Source: Octopus sinensis
Taxonomy: Eukaryota
Direction: 5' to 3'
Length of the DNA: 64,000 nucleotides
Assembly (NCBI RefSeq): GCF_006345805.1
Contig: NC_042999.1
Coordinates: 145,886,001 to 145,950,000 of the forward strand
The notes under the pieces were generated by a model that did not search any database, was not told the origin of the DNA, and worked only from the letters and a program-made list of their open reading frames with translations. A program made the translations under genes and the position numbers. This document shows, one piece after another, positions 37,866 through 50,760 of the stretch; position 1 is the first letter of the stretch; every line of letters begins with the position of its first letter.

Positions 37866-38090
37866 ATGTGTGCGTGTCTTTGTGTTTGTAATTGTCCCCC
37901 ACCCTCATAGGTTGACAACCGTTGTTGGTGTGTTTATGCCATCGTGACCTGGCGGTTCGGCAAAGACACCGACAGAATATGCAGTAGGATTTTAAAAATA
38001 AAGTCCTAGGGCCGATTTGTTTAACTAAAGCACTTCAAGGCTGTGCTCCAGCATGTTCGTAGTCAAATAATTGAAACAAGTAAAAGAATA
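37866..38090 (+). mobile_element. SINE family A 3' half
   Basis: Diverged reverse complement of the 15085-15300 segment. Confidence 0.7.
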
Positions 38091-38150
38091 ATATAATACA
38101 AGTGTAGCTATCTATCTATGTACGTATGTGTTGCTATGTCTCGTTGTCGT

Positions 38151-38525
38151 CGGGGCACTCGGTCGGCTACAACGACGAGGGTTCCAGTTGATCCGATCAA
38201 TGGAACAGCTCGTGAAATTAACGTGCAATTGACTGAGCACTCCATAGACACGTATACCCTTAACGTATTTCTTGGGGAGATTCAGTGTGACAAAGAGTGT
38301 GACAAGGCTGGCCCTTCGAAATACAGGTACAACAGAAACAGGAAGAAAGAGTGAAAGAAAGTTGTGGTGAAAAAGTACAGCAGGGTTCGTCATCCCCTGC
38401 CGGAGCGTCGTGGAGCTTTTAGGTGTTTTCGCTCAATAAACACTCACAACGCCCGGTCTGGGAATCGAAACCGTGATTCTACGACCTCGTGTTTGCTGCT
38501 CTAACAACTGGGCCATTTCGCCTCC
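38151..38525 (-). mobile_element. SINE family C, full head
   Basis: GGAGGCGAAATGGCCCAGTTGTTAG..GTTTCGATTCCCAGACCGGGC. Body matches 9518-9885. Confidence 0.85.
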
Positions 38526-39149
38526 ACTGTTGCTATGTCTACACCAATATCTAATGCAATTCACTCTAAATTTACGATTGGCGAAGCTAGTATTTACGCC
38601 CCTAAGCACACCTGTTGTTTTGTCCGTTGCATTTGGGCGATTTACGTGTTCCATAACTGTTTTCGATGTCGGTTATAGTAGTTGTGTAAAAAGGTGTTGA
38701 TTAAGTTTTGTGTTAACTTGTTTACTACTTCATAAAATGCTTATGTCTCACTTAAACAAAACTACAAACAAAATCATACTTTCCATTAGATTTATATTAT
38801 TATTGCATATTATCTATTGTTAATTAGTTAATTAGCGACTATCTTTTCAAGATTATTAGCGGCTTCCCTTTCTTCTTGTATTTTTCAATTCAACTAGTTT
38901 TCATGGAAATACTTTGAATTTTCCGAATGAGTCTCCATTGATGATAATGTGTTTGTGATGTTTTGTAATATTAATTTATTTCGTATCAATAATTTTTAGA
39001 TACATACAAACACACAAAGACGCAGCCATACATGCACGCGCGCGCACACACACACAGGCACATACGCACACAAGCACACATGCATACATACACAGACTCA
39101 CAAAGACAAAAAACTCCTCCACAAAAGCAGAAATAAAAATCTCGACGAG

Positions 39150-40230
39150 GAACTTGAAAACAATGAGGAAATAACAAACAAAGAAGTGAACAAAGGAAGT
39201 GCAGTAGTGGTAATGGACACTACAACAATCTAGTCGTACTGTTCGTCATACTGAATAATGACGAACAGTACGAAAAAAATCAACAATTATAACCCCAACC
39301 CCCCAAAAATAATGGAAAACTTCTTTTCAATAATCCAAACCCACGGAAAAGACCCAACAAAATAAAAATAGACTGTTTAACAAACTTTAAATGTAAACTC
39401 AGCATTTTCTACGGTCTACCTAAAATTCACAAAAGCCAAACGATAAACGAAACCATCAAAAGATCTCCAAAGTCATACATACACCAGTACCAGGAGACGT
39501 AAAATTACAGTCTATTGTTGCTGGACATGGAGGCACATGGCCTAGTGGTTACAGCAGCGGACTTGCGGTCGAGGGATCGGGGGTTCGAATCTCAGACCGG
39601 GCGATGTGTGTGTTTATGAGCGAAACACCTAAGCTCCACGCAGCTCCGGCAGAAGGTAATGGCGAAACTTCTGTTGACTCTTTCGCCACAACTTTCTCTC
39701 ACTCTTTCCTCCTGCATCTTGCAGCTCACCTGCGACGGACCGGCGTCCCGTCCAGGTGGGGAACCTTCACACCAAGAAACCGGGAAACCGGCCCTTATGA
39801 GGCAGGCATGGCTCGAGAAGGAACAACCATCCTGTGAAGCACATCGATTAAGTTGCTTCATGGACATTCTCCTGAAACCATTTCTAAAACATATCAAGAG
39901 CCATAGCAGAGATGACTTAGATATGTTCAATCATCCCCCAGAAAGGGTCGAGGAGGAAACAACCATATTCGATGTGATTATTTTGTACACCAACATACCC
40001 CATAGTTATGGAGTAGAAGCAATCCGTTTCTGGCAGGACAAATATCCAGAAGAAATACCAGAATGGATCAACAAAGACTTCATAATCAAATAAATTAAAT
40101 TCATCCTCCAAAACAACCATTTCATGTTTGACACCACGGTTTACCACCAAAAATCTGGAACCAATGCAGCCCCAACCATTGCCAATCTAACAATGGGCTA
40201 TTTAGAAATTACAATATATCTGGAGTCTTT
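39150..40230 (+). mobile_element. Penelope-like reverse transcriptase fragment, interrupted by a SINE
   Basis: KGSAVVVMD, FYGLPKIHK, FDV..LYTNIPH..G.EAI, FILQNNHFMF and AAPTIANLTMGYLE. Confidence 0.85.
39529..39827 (+). mobile_element. SINE related to family C, inserted in the PLE RT
   Basis: A box TGGCCTAGTGG, B box GGTTCGAATC, then GAGCGAAACACCTAAGCTCC. It splits the RT at IVAG|PSCE. Confidence 0.9.
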
Positions 40231-41069
40231 TTCAAAATTTTACACAACACATCTTCCCCTTTTCTACATACTGGTTTATTGACGTCCTTGAGATTTAATA
40301 CAAGTGTCTAGTATCAAATTGCCCTTCAGCAATTGAATGTATTTGACACTATTCAAGTTACCGTCAAATTTAACCAACTTTCTTGAACCATCACTTTTTA
40401 TGTATCCCCAAAGCATCAGACCTTTATCCCCAAACTTCACTGTTTTTGTCGTTTAATGTGGGTAGTTTCGTTTTCCAATAAGCGAAAATTTGTCAGAAGG
40501 CCTACAGGAAAGCGAAAATACCCACGTTACACAACGAAAATAGTGATGTTTGAAGGTTAGAGTTTAACGCTTTGGGGGATACATAAAAAGTGATGGTTCA
40601 AGAAAGCTGAGAGTAACTTGAATAGTGCCAAATACATCCCGTTGTGGAAGGACAATTTGATACCTGACTTTGATGAAGGTGAGATTTTTCAATACGACGG
40701 AGCTGCATGCCACAGATCGCGTGCAAAACAACAGAGTCTGGCTGATGAAAGTATTACTGTATTAACTTAAATATTATCGAACAAATGTGAACAGAACTAA
40801 AGAGAAGAGTTTGTCAGAAGAATCCACCAAATCTTGAAGGGTTGTGGGAGCTCAGCCACAGAGAATGGCATCTCATACCTATGAAGATGGTGACGGTTTT
40901 GTACGCATCTCTTCCCAGGCACATTGAAGCAATTATTCAAGCTAAAGGACACCACATGAAATATTAACAATGTACAATAACTTCTTGAAACTGCTACAAA
41001 ATATAATGATTAAGTATGGAAATGACTCCAACGGGGCCAATGTTTAATCTGTAAAAAACAGAATGTGAA

Positions 41070-41945
41070 ACATCCACATATAATTCGACGGATATTTGTC
41101 CTCATCTTGTTTGTTGTTAACACAAAGTTTCGGCTGATATACCCTCCAGCCTTCTTCATGTGTCTTGGGGAAATTTCGAACCTGGGTTCTCATTGCTAAG
41201 GTATTTTTCGATGTTATTATTATTATTCAGGTCACTGCTTGGAATCGAACTCGGAATCTTGTGGTTAGTAGCCCGCGCTCTTAACCACTATACCATATTC
41301 CCGTGGGTAATTATGGAGTGAATTTTAGGGCTAAAATTCTAATATTTTTCTATCTTTCCTTAATACCGGTTCCCATGTGCTGCTCATATCTGCACTCGGT
41401 CTGCTTAGAAGGTTGTTGTGTCCTAGCATATGTGCTGCTTCTTTTAGTTTTCGTATTTTCCAGTAGTGTTCTCTGTCTATTGTTTTAACTTCATCCCACA
41501 GGGGGAGGTGATCTCCATTTTTGCATACATGATCAGCTATACCCGATTTATCAATATCTCCTCGTGTCACAGCTTTACAATGTTAGTCTACCCTTATTTT
41601 AAGGGGGCGACATGTTTCGCCTTTGTATAACCTACCACAGCTGCATGGAATGGAGTACACGCAGTCTTTGGTAATATTCTCTTCTATTGGTGGTTTTACT
41701 CGAAGGAGATATTTGCGAAGTGTTGTATTACTCTTTAATACTGTGCTGATGTCATATGGGCCGCATATCTTTTGTATCTTTTCGGAGAGGCCTTTCACAT
41801 AGGGTAAACAAACTGTGGACAGTTTATTGGCCCCATCCTCTCACTTCTTCATAAATGGAGTGGATAGTATATATAAGTTGAGGACAAATATCCGTCATGT
41901 GTAAATAATGTACATAATTCCTCATCTCTTAAATATAGAACTGTA
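41070..41945 (-). mobile_element. 5'-truncated Penelope-like element: GIY-YIG endonuclease, tRNA-headed hammerhead terminal repeat, and short inverted tail at 41877-41945
   Basis: CVYSIPCSCGRLYKGETCRPLKIR..H..SGIADH..RKLKEAAH is a GIY-YIG signature. GAGGACAAATATCCGTC occurs on both strands (41085-41105 minus, 41880-41897 plus). Confidence 0.92.
41119..41164 (-). ncRNA. Minimal hammerhead ribozyme motif (C3-to-A variant)
   Basis: Minus strand GACAC-ATGAAGA-A-GGCTG(GAGGGTATAT)CAGCC-GAAA-CTTT-GTGTT. Confidence 0.6.
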
Positions 41946-42893
41946 TACACTTATTAGTTAGCAGTTAGTAGAAATTTACAGTCGAAAACTTTTGCATGGT
42001 AATGAATACTTAACATATGCATATTAATACTCCACTTACACACATACATATTTGTATACATAAATATTGGTGTATGTGTGTGTGAGCGTGTGTGTGTGTG
42101 GGGGGGGACGTGTCTGGATTGAAGTCTATTCACTCGGCAACAGATTTAATAAAATTTCGAATATAAATTTTCGAAAGACATCAATGTTTACCATCAAATT
42201 AATCCAATCAGGAAACAAGCATTATGACTAATTAACCAGACATTGCTAATTTTCTTATTTTTTTACATTTCTGTCAATAAACTTTTTCTGCTATAAGTAT
42301 CTGTTTTCCTAGTAAAGAATCAAACAAAATTATAATAGATTCTCACGACATATTTCCTGCCTTTTAAAGTATGTTTTGTAGTTCAGAAACACATCGAGTG
42401 TATTAAGCTGTGGTTGTGATGGTGGTGATGATGGTAATGGTGGCGGTGGTTGTGGTTGTGGTGGAGGGGTTGTATCAGTTGTAGTAGTAATGGTGGTGGT
42501 AGTAGTGGTAGTTGTGCTAGTTGTTGAAGAAGTAATAGTGGTAGCACCTTAAAGCTTAAAGTTAGTACCAAACTTAGTTCTGTCAATATATTAGACACTA
42601 CTTTAGACGTCAGTACCCGCAATACCATACATACTGAAAACCGATCGAGGGTTGATGTATATTTTCAAGGGATCTAATTTCAGTTATCATTTTGACAAAC
42701 TTTTAGCAATATAGGAGGAAACATATTTTACATGAAGCGATCTAAATTTACAGTAGTAATATGACTGTGCTGGGTTTAATGAAAACAAACTTTTTATTGA
42801 GGAGCGAGCAATTGCGCAACAGAGCAGCTTGCACACACACAGACACGCCGCTGACACACACACACGCACACACACACACACACACAAACATAC

Positions 42894-42929
<36 letters not shown>

Positions 42930-43284
42930 TATTGAAGATGGCCTGGTGACCTGTTTACACAGAGCTCTCAGGGCGTGCCGTTGCCTCTCCAGACAAGACT
43001 TGTCTGATGAAATGACAACTTGCCGTGGAAACTTCAGAGTAACATACTAGCTTAGATATATTAGCACACTCAACTTTGGATTGAGTACTTCAGAGCGTTA
43101 CCAGCAAAAGACAGGCATGAATGTGTGTGTGCGTGTGTGCTTGTGTGCATGAGTGCGTGCGGGGGAGGAGGATCACATATATTTACATACGTTGACGGAA
43201 CACAATTTTATCTGTTTTCCATTGCACGAAAACTGATTTATTTCAAAATTTTAGCTAACGAAATTATTTGTTAATGTTGTCTCC

Positions 43285-43321
<37 letters not shown>

Positions 43322-43426
43322 TCACTCTCCCTTTCTTTCTCTCTCTTTCCCCCCCTCTCTCTCTCTTTAGATTAACGCACTTACACGGAGAAAATGTTTA
43401 GATTAAACAATATAACGAAACAAGAA

Positions 43427-44049
43427 GGCGGCGAGCTGGCAGAAACGTTAGCATGCCGGGTGAAATGCGTAGCCGTATTTCGTCTGCCGTTACGATTGAG
43501 TTCAAATTCCGCAGAGGTCGACTTTGCCTTTCATCCTTTCGGGGTTGATAACTTAAGTACCAGTTACGCACTGGGGTCGAGATAATCGACTTAATCTATT
43601 TGTCTGTCCTTGTTCGTCCTCTTTGTGTTTATCTCCTTGTGGGTAGTAAAGAAAGAGGTATTTTGTCTGCCGCTACGTTCTCAGTTCAAATTCCGCCGAG
43701 GTCGACTTTGTCTTTCATCCTTTCGGTGTCGACTAAATAAGTACCAGTTACGCACTGAGGCCGATATAATTGACTTCATCCGTTTGATTGTACTTGTTTG
43801 TCCTCTGTGTTTAGCCCCTTATGGGTAGTAAAGAAATAGGTATTTCGTCTGCCGCTACGTTCTGAGTTGACATTCCGCCGAGGTCGACTTTGCCTTTCAT
43901 CCTTTCGGGGCCGATAAATTAAGTACCAGTTGCGTACTGAGATCGATCTAATCGACTGGCCAAATAATTTAGGGCCTTGAGCCTAGAGTAGAAAAGAATT
44001 CAACGAAATAAGTAGGCGGTGAGCTGGCAGTATCGTTAGAGTAGAAAAG
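43427..44049 (+). mobile_element. SINE family B trimer plus a short head-tail remnant, with 18-bp TSD
   Basis: Units start at 43475, 43658 and 43840. TSD AATATAACGAAACAAGAA at 43409-43426 and 44050-44067. Confidence 0.92.
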
Positions 44050-44930
44050 AATATAACGAAACAAGAAAAACATGTCAAAAACTCATAAGTAAATAAAATG
44101 TAGTAGCAGTTAGAAATTGTTGTTGTCTTATTATAATTGCTTATCATGATCACACAATTACACGGAAAGAAAGAGAGAAGGAAAGATGAAAACAAAAAGC
44201 ACAAATGCAAAAGTACTATATTCTTTAATCTTTATATTAATCATCATGAGACTGAAAGTAAATTTAGAAATTATGATTGTTTCATTTGGTAATTTATCAT
44301 TTGAAAGATCAGAAGATTAAGATAGAAAGACACAGACACACGGATACATACATAGAGATATGGATGAAAACACTTGTACAAATATAGAGACAGAAATATT
44401 AAAATACAAATATATACACTCCTACATCCGGCAAATACTCTATAGATGCAACAAAAAAACTGCCAAATGTCTCTTCAAAGAGACTACGCCATTTATATTT
44501 TCAAAAATGATAAAAATCATTTCAATCACATTTTGTTCATTCTACATAGACAGTGCAACACATAAATGTATATTCAATAATTATTTCTATATTAAAAGGC
44601 ATCGCTGAATATCCCTATATAATAATAAAGATAGTAGCGGTGATGTCAACGAAAACAACGATCCAAATGCGTTTCCACGTATATCAGTCATAAGCAAATT
44701 TCAGCCCTGAAAACTTACCTTGAATTTGTTTGTAGTTGTCCCGCCTGATGATAAGTCATTTTTCATGCGGCCTCCTTCTTGAGAAAAGTTGCCCACGACT
44801 GATCTATAAGGTGGCTTGACTCGCTAGGAATAGAAACCACGAGTCTTTCAAATCGTAATCAAACGTCTACCAATAATTTCGTGAAGTCGTGTGTTGTTAT
44901 GCAACCATGTGTATTTACGTAAACATGATT

Positions 44931-45900
44931 TACAGTGTCCAAAAATAATGTATATAGACATTGAATGATTATAGTTAGTGTTTATAAAAATAGATTTCAT
45001 TTCCAAAATTTAATTAAATCTAGCAAAGAATCTCTTATTTTCTGAATGCCTGTTTTCAAACTGATGACCCTTCTTGTTCAGACTCAGCAGATAACGCGAA
45101 GCAATGAAATCGCAATCACCAAGAGACATTTCATTCGGTATCTATGCGCATTCTCGCTCAATGTCTGCCTTCAATTCGTCGACTGTTGCTGCTTTTGTAC
45201 CGTAATTTTTTATCTTTTAAGGATCTCCATAAAAATGTCCAGTGATGCGAGGTCCGGTGAACGCAAAAGGGTACTCTACTGAATCTCATCATCCAATCCA
45301 CCTGTTAAAGTAAAAATCTTATCAAGGCAGTTCCTTACATTACTATAATAGTAAGGGGCTGCCTCATATTGCTGGAAATAAAACTCTGCATCAATCAAGT
45401 CCTCTTGAATGCTTGGTATGATAGATTGTTGCACCGAGTTCAAGTAATTTGGATCAGTAACGGTACCATAGAAAAATAGAAAGGTCCATTTAATCCTTTT
45501 GATGATAAGACACGATATATTGTAACTCCTCTTAAATTAACATCATGTTCATTTGTAATATGTGGATCCTCAAGTACCCACCCAATAATTACAACTGAGG
45601 TAGTTAATTGGACCATTTAATATAAACGTCGTCTCCAACAATTTTTGCTGTAAAGTGTGTATCTTCTACACTTCTTCTCAAGTATCACTTTGAAAATCTC
45701 CCCCTCTTGGTCCGGATTATCTTCACTGAGAGCATGAACTTTTTTAACACTTCCAATGACAGCACTTCAAAATGCGATGGACGCTTGATTTGAAATACTT
45801 ATCTCACGATTAACTTACCGCACAGATTTTCTTGAATTCTGTAACATATTTCTAGAACCCTTTCTTGCCTTGTGGGGCTCGTCGATAGCCGCGGTCTTCC
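44931..45900 (-). mobile_element. maT/Tc3-like (DD37D-type) transposon remnant
   Basis: Minus strand F.LNG.IN..C.YW..EDPH, GPF.F.GTVT..NYL, FQQ..AAP, and RSPDL..LD.F. TIR-like TACAGTGTCCAAAAA at 44931. Confidence 0.7.
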
Positions 45901-46019
45901 GGACCATATCCTATGGACGTTCTGAACTGATCCGTCTGCTAAAAACTTCTTTCTAATTAAAGTGATGATAAGTTGCGTGGGTGGATCTGTACGAAATAAC
46001 CTTCTAAACTGTCTTCGAC

Positions 46020-46427
46020 AGCATTTTCAAACTCTCAAGTACTCTTTAGGGCAAGCTTTCTTTGTTCAAAACGTAGTCTGGCTTTCTTTATTCTTTCCAA
46101 TGGGTTAAATCGCTTTCTCATGGAAGATCAAAAGCTGTCACGATTGATTGCGTGTCATGAATTGAAAGAACAGTTGGAAGTTGTTTTGGACCTTTTTTCG
46201 AAGGCCATTACTGGTGACGAAAGCTACGGAACTTGCAGATGTGGAAGAGGAGAAGAAAAAATTCGACGGAAGCGTTAAAAAGCAACACTTCGCAAGAGTT
46301 CCAGCACTACTTCAAACAGTGGAAAACACATTTGGAGTAATACATTGCTTCAAATTGAGAATACTTTGAAGGCAATAAAAGTGTAAACATGTAAAAATAA
46401 TATTGCAAAATTTGGGATACCTGCTCG
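46020..46427 (+). mobile_element. Internally deleted mariner remnant
   Basis: EDQK..R..C.EL...F..ITGDES joined directly to FQHYFKQWK..YFEG. End TTTGGGATACCTGCTCGTA. Confidence 0.7.
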
Positions 46428-46437
46428 TAAATATTAC

Positions 46438-46476
<39 letters not shown>

Positions 46477-47580
46477 GTATATATATATATTACACACCTG
46501 ACTGGATTGGCGTGTAAGGGATTGAGTATTTCACAAACACGTGTACCCTTAATGTATTTCACATGCGAAATCAGCGCGACACAGTGTGAATCATAGGTGC
46601 AATCCATCCAATGAGATTCTCCATATTTTCCGTCCAACCAATATGATCTAATCGAGGCTATAGAAAACGGTGCTTGCTCAGGATGTCATGCAATAGGATA
46701 GAACCCAAGGCGTATTATTGTGAGGTGAATTCCTTGACCAGTCAACCATGCTGTGTTTACAACACTAATATTCCCACAAAATATCATCACAACCATAAAA
46801 ATACCAACAACACTGGCTGAAAATTTTCAATATACACATCTGCCCTGTTAGAAATAGCAGCTAAATCTCCATCGAATTACTGTCATTAGAAATTAAAGAC
46901 AGATTGGACAATCATTGAAGGCCTAGATATACTACAATATTTTGATCAGAATTAGCATAGTCATTCGACCTGCAAGAAGTAGCAGGCAAATCTCCATCAA
47001 ATCACAATCTTTTGAAACGAAGGACGACTTGGTTAATCATTGGAAACCTAGATACACAACAATGCGTGTGTGTAAACAACAACAATAAGAACAACGAAAA
47101 TGTCTTTTGCGTCGGAATTTTACAGAAATTCTTTGAACAATATCTAATCATTGAACAATGGAGTTAATTCAAATTTAGAGCAACAATACTTTGAGAAACC
47201 TCATGCAATGTAAATAGATCAATTTAATAGGATTAGAAGTTAATAAAAACTCATTAGAACAGCGAAATATAAATTAGTTTCTGTATACTGTTGGATTTCT
47301 TTTTATGCTCAGAAAGCGTTTATATTCTTAGTATATTAATCTTAGCATATTAATTTCCGAGTAAGCAAACCAACAAAATATTCAAGATAATGCCAATATA
47401 CTTAATTTATCGTGGGGAAGCTAACTAATTAGCTAATAAGATCGAAGTGTAGAAGAAAATGTTTCATCAACAATGATTAATAATTTAATATCATCTAAGC
47501 AGGTAAGAATTTAACCTCACCTTATTTTTCCTTGCCTTCTTCCTTAAGATTTCTAGTCTAGAAACACATGCAGAACGTTT

Positions 47581-47620
<40 letters not shown>

Positions 47621-47665
47621 CAGCAGCAGTAGTAGTAGTAGTAGTAGGTGGTGGAGGAGGAGGAG

Positions 47666-48720
47666 GGGGGATGGCCAAAATGTCCGTTCCGTTATTGTCG
47701 GCGTAAAACTTGAAACACTCTATTAAGCAGCTAACTTTAGTTCGTCTCTTGCGCATCGACACTCGTGAGATACTTGTCATTTCATCATAGTTCAACTCGA
47801 GCTTGCAAAGAGACGGTTGTATTTTCTGTGATTGGGATCTCCTTGAAAATGGTGAACCAAAACAAATATTATTGGTACATCAAACATTTTTTTTGTTTTT
47901 AGGAAAGGCAAGAAAGCAGCGGTAACTTGTACAAAATATGCACTGTATACGGAGAAGATGCTGTTACAGAACATGTGTCAGAAGGTTTTTTAGAGATTTC
48001 GATCAGAAAATTTCTCAACTCAAGAAGCACCTCGCTCTGGAGAGACAACTGAGATACACAGCGACACTAACACCCTTTTTGCAGTTAAGATAATCGGTGA
48101 TATTTTTCAAATAACCAAATCGAGTGTTGAAAACCATTTGCATCAACTTGATTACATCAGCCAGCCCGCAGTTTGAGTCTCACATCGATTGAATGAGGAT
48201 AATCTCGCTCAATGATACATGAAAACGATGCTTTTTTTTCTTTCTTTTTTGTTGTTGAAGGAAGTGGTAACAGAGTACGAATAGTGGATTGTCTATAAGC
48301 ATGTGAAGTGTAAGCGGTCATGGGGTAAGTAAGGTAACTAACACAAGCAGACTCCAAAAAAGGACTTCATGTGAAGAAGGTTATGCTTTCAATTTCGAGG
48401 GATTGGAAGTGTTTTGTCTTTTACGAGCTTTTTCTTATGACCAGGACCATCAGATCGGGTGTATACCGTGTTCAGTTGGACAAATTACATGCAGTGATCC
48501 ATTAGAGGTGTCATCCAGTACTTGCTAATCATAAGGGCATTACCTTCCATCATGACAATTCCAGACAGATCATTTCTTTGCAGACACTTCATGAGCTACT
48601 GTGACCCGGCTTGAAGGTTTCACAGCACCCTCCATATTCGCATGACCTTGCGCCTTCACATTTCCACCTGTTTCGGTCTCTTCGAAATTCATTGAGTGGG
48701 CAGATCTTCATCTGTAAAAC
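47666..48720 (+). mobile_element. Degenerate Hsmar1-like mariner, 3'-truncated
   Basis: Left TIR-like GGATGGCCAAAATGTCCGTTCCG. Motifs APRSG, KKVML, FHHDNSR and HPPYSHDLAPSHFHLFRSL. Confidence 0.85.
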
Positions 48721-49604
48721 GCATCAGACCCTTACCCCCAAACTTCACTGTTTTCGTCGTGTAACGTGGGTAGTTTCGCTTTCTCGTAAGCGAGAATTTA
48801 TCAGAAGGCCTCCAGGAAAGCAAAACGACCCTCGTTACACGATGAAAACAGTTACGTTTGGGGGTTAGAGTCTGATGCTTTGGGGATATATAAAAAGTGA
48901 TGGTTCAAGAAAGTTGGTTTGCATTACAATAACTTGAACAGTGTCAAATACATCCGATTGCTGAAGGGCAATTTGATACCAGACTTCGATGAAAGTGAGA
49001 TTTTTCAGCATGTCGGAGCTCCATGCCACAGATCATGTGCAACACAACAGAGTCTGGCTGATGAAGGTGTTACCTTATTGAAAGATTGGTCAGCTCAGAA
49101 CCGTGACTTAAATATCATCAAGCAAATATGGATAAAAATCCATGCAATCTCGAAGGGTTGTGGGGGATCAGCCACAGAGAATGGCATTTCATACCTGTGA
49201 AGATGGTGAAAGATGTGTACGCATCTCTCCCCAGGCGCATTGAAGCAATTATTGAAGCTATGGGAAGCCGCACGAAATATTAACAATGTACAATAACTTT
49301 TTGAGATGAACATTACGTAATAAATTTTCATTATAGAAATTTTACCGTTATGAAACGTTGTATCTTGATTGGTTTATGTGAGGTGACCGAAAACTTTTGC
49401 ATGGCAATTTTTGGTGGCCGTCTCGCATATCATACTCTCATTCAGAACCGCTACAATAAAATATAGTGGTTAGGTGTGGAAATAACACCAACAGGGCCAA
49501 TGTTTCATTTGTAAGAAACGCAATGCAAAACATCCATTTGTAAGTTGGCAATTAGTAGAAATTTACAATAGTTTAAAGTGACCGAAGACTTTTGCACGGT
49601 ACTG
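48718..49604 (+). mobile_element. Tc1-type element derivative (copy 2) with the same internal foldback and an IR/DR-type right end
   Basis: Co-linear with 40400-41070. GTGACCGAA.ACTTTTGCA.GG occurs twice (~49383 and ~49578). Ends GGTACTG|TA. Confidence 0.85.
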
Positions 49605-49611
49605 TATACAC

Positions 49612-49770
49612 GGCAGGTTTCTTTCCGTTTCCGTCTACCAAATCCTCTGATAAGGCTTTAGTCGGCCCAGGGCTATAGTAGAAGACATTTACCCAACATG
49701 CTACGAAATGAGACTGAACCCAGATCATGAAATTGGGAAACAAACTCTTAACTACACAGTCGTCTATGTT
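49612..49770 (-). mobile_element. SINE family A head fragment
   Basis: TTTCCGTCTACCAAATCC..GGCTATAGTAGAAGACA..GGACTGAACCC pattern. Confidence 0.65.
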
Positions 49771-50651
49771 ATTTAACCCAAAGTCAAGTCTGATTGAACA
49801 GCCGATCAGATGCGACGCACACGTTTATTTTTCAAACAAAATCTTTCTAGGACTACATTACTTTCTCACACACATACACCTTTTTTCAGTATTTAATGTG
49901 TGTTTTAGATGGATTTGGTTGCTATATCTAGTAGGTTGAGTAACTTGTAGCCGCTTCCTTGGCTTATTCGCAATTACATTTCACGATGTTTGTAATTTTG
50001 TTCAATATTCTTTTATTTTTCTTACAACAGATTTTATTTTTCCTGAGAGGAAAATTAAAGATATTTTATAGGTGAATCTTGAATGAATAAATTCCATTAA
50101 ATATACTCATACTTCAATACATCTTTCTATTACATGTTCTGCGCTTTATTAAAATTCTATTGAAACGGTTTTGATAGCAGTACGACGGGGAAACGGAGCT
50201 GGCAGTTGCGGTGGTGGTAGCGGCAGCATCCGTTGTCGTTGTCGATGTTGCTAGTTGTTATAGCATAAAATATACTGAATATTCAATGGGTAGTTTGTCA
50301 AAGACACACATACTCATACGTCATATAGCTTAGAATTGCCAGATAAAACAATTTTTTAAAGAACCGGTGTATGTATCATATTTAGCACCTGATCATTTAT
50401 GAATGACAAGATTTAGAAGCCAAAACGTTCCTGTTTGACGTGTAACGAACTTATTGTATACAGCGCTCTCGCTAATCTTCACATTGTACAAGAGAAGGAT
50501 AACAATGTTGTCCCTTTCAACAGCAAAACGCACCTTCATTATACATTTCTTAGGTAGATTTAACAGGTGCCCTTTTTAACATTATAATACATGTTCATAA
50601 GGCGGCGAGCTGGCTGAATCGTTCGTGTGTTTGTACTGGTTTTAGCTTTAA

Positions 50652-50760
50652 GGTTTTAGGGTTAGTGTTAGGGTTTTAGGGTTAGGGTTGGGGTTTTAGG
50701 GTTAGGGTTAGAGTTTTAGAGTTAGGGTTAGGGTTGGGGTTGGGGTTTTAGGGTTAGAGT
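50652..50760 (+). repeat. Interstitial telomere-like (TTAGGG)-derived array with a 20-bp higher-order unit
   Basis: Repeats of GGTTTTAG-GGTTAG-GGTTAG with TTGGGG/TTAGAG variants. Confidence 0.85.

Larger units (their letters stand above)
40312..42005 (+). mobile_element. Tc1-type element derivative (copy 1) with internal foldback, split by the PLE insertion at ~41070-41945
   Basis: WGYIKSDGSRK, FQYDGAAC, LNIIEQM, IEAII.AKG.HMKY. The terminal segment resumes at ~41948. Confidence 0.8.

Noticed and set aside
42383-42628. 81-aa minus ORF with His run
   Set aside because: Triplet microsatellite plus a probable antisense PLE RT scrap (VNILDTTLD on +).
42998-43045. CTGATGA...GAAAC hammerhead-like string (similar weak cases at 28650-28680 and 33550-33580 on minus)
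   Set aside because: Stem II does not pair in this copy, and it is too decayed to support without a consensus.
43427-43998. CRISPR-like or gene-array interpretation of the ~183-bp periodic repeats
   Set aside because: No unique spacers. The units are SINE bodies bounded by a TSD.
47553-47795. 80-aa minus ORF with Pro/Thr runs
   Set aside because: It is the antisense of a mariner 5' end plus a (TAG)n microsatellite.
50652-50760. True telomere or chromosome end
   Set aside because: Short, degenerate, internal and with a higher-order period.
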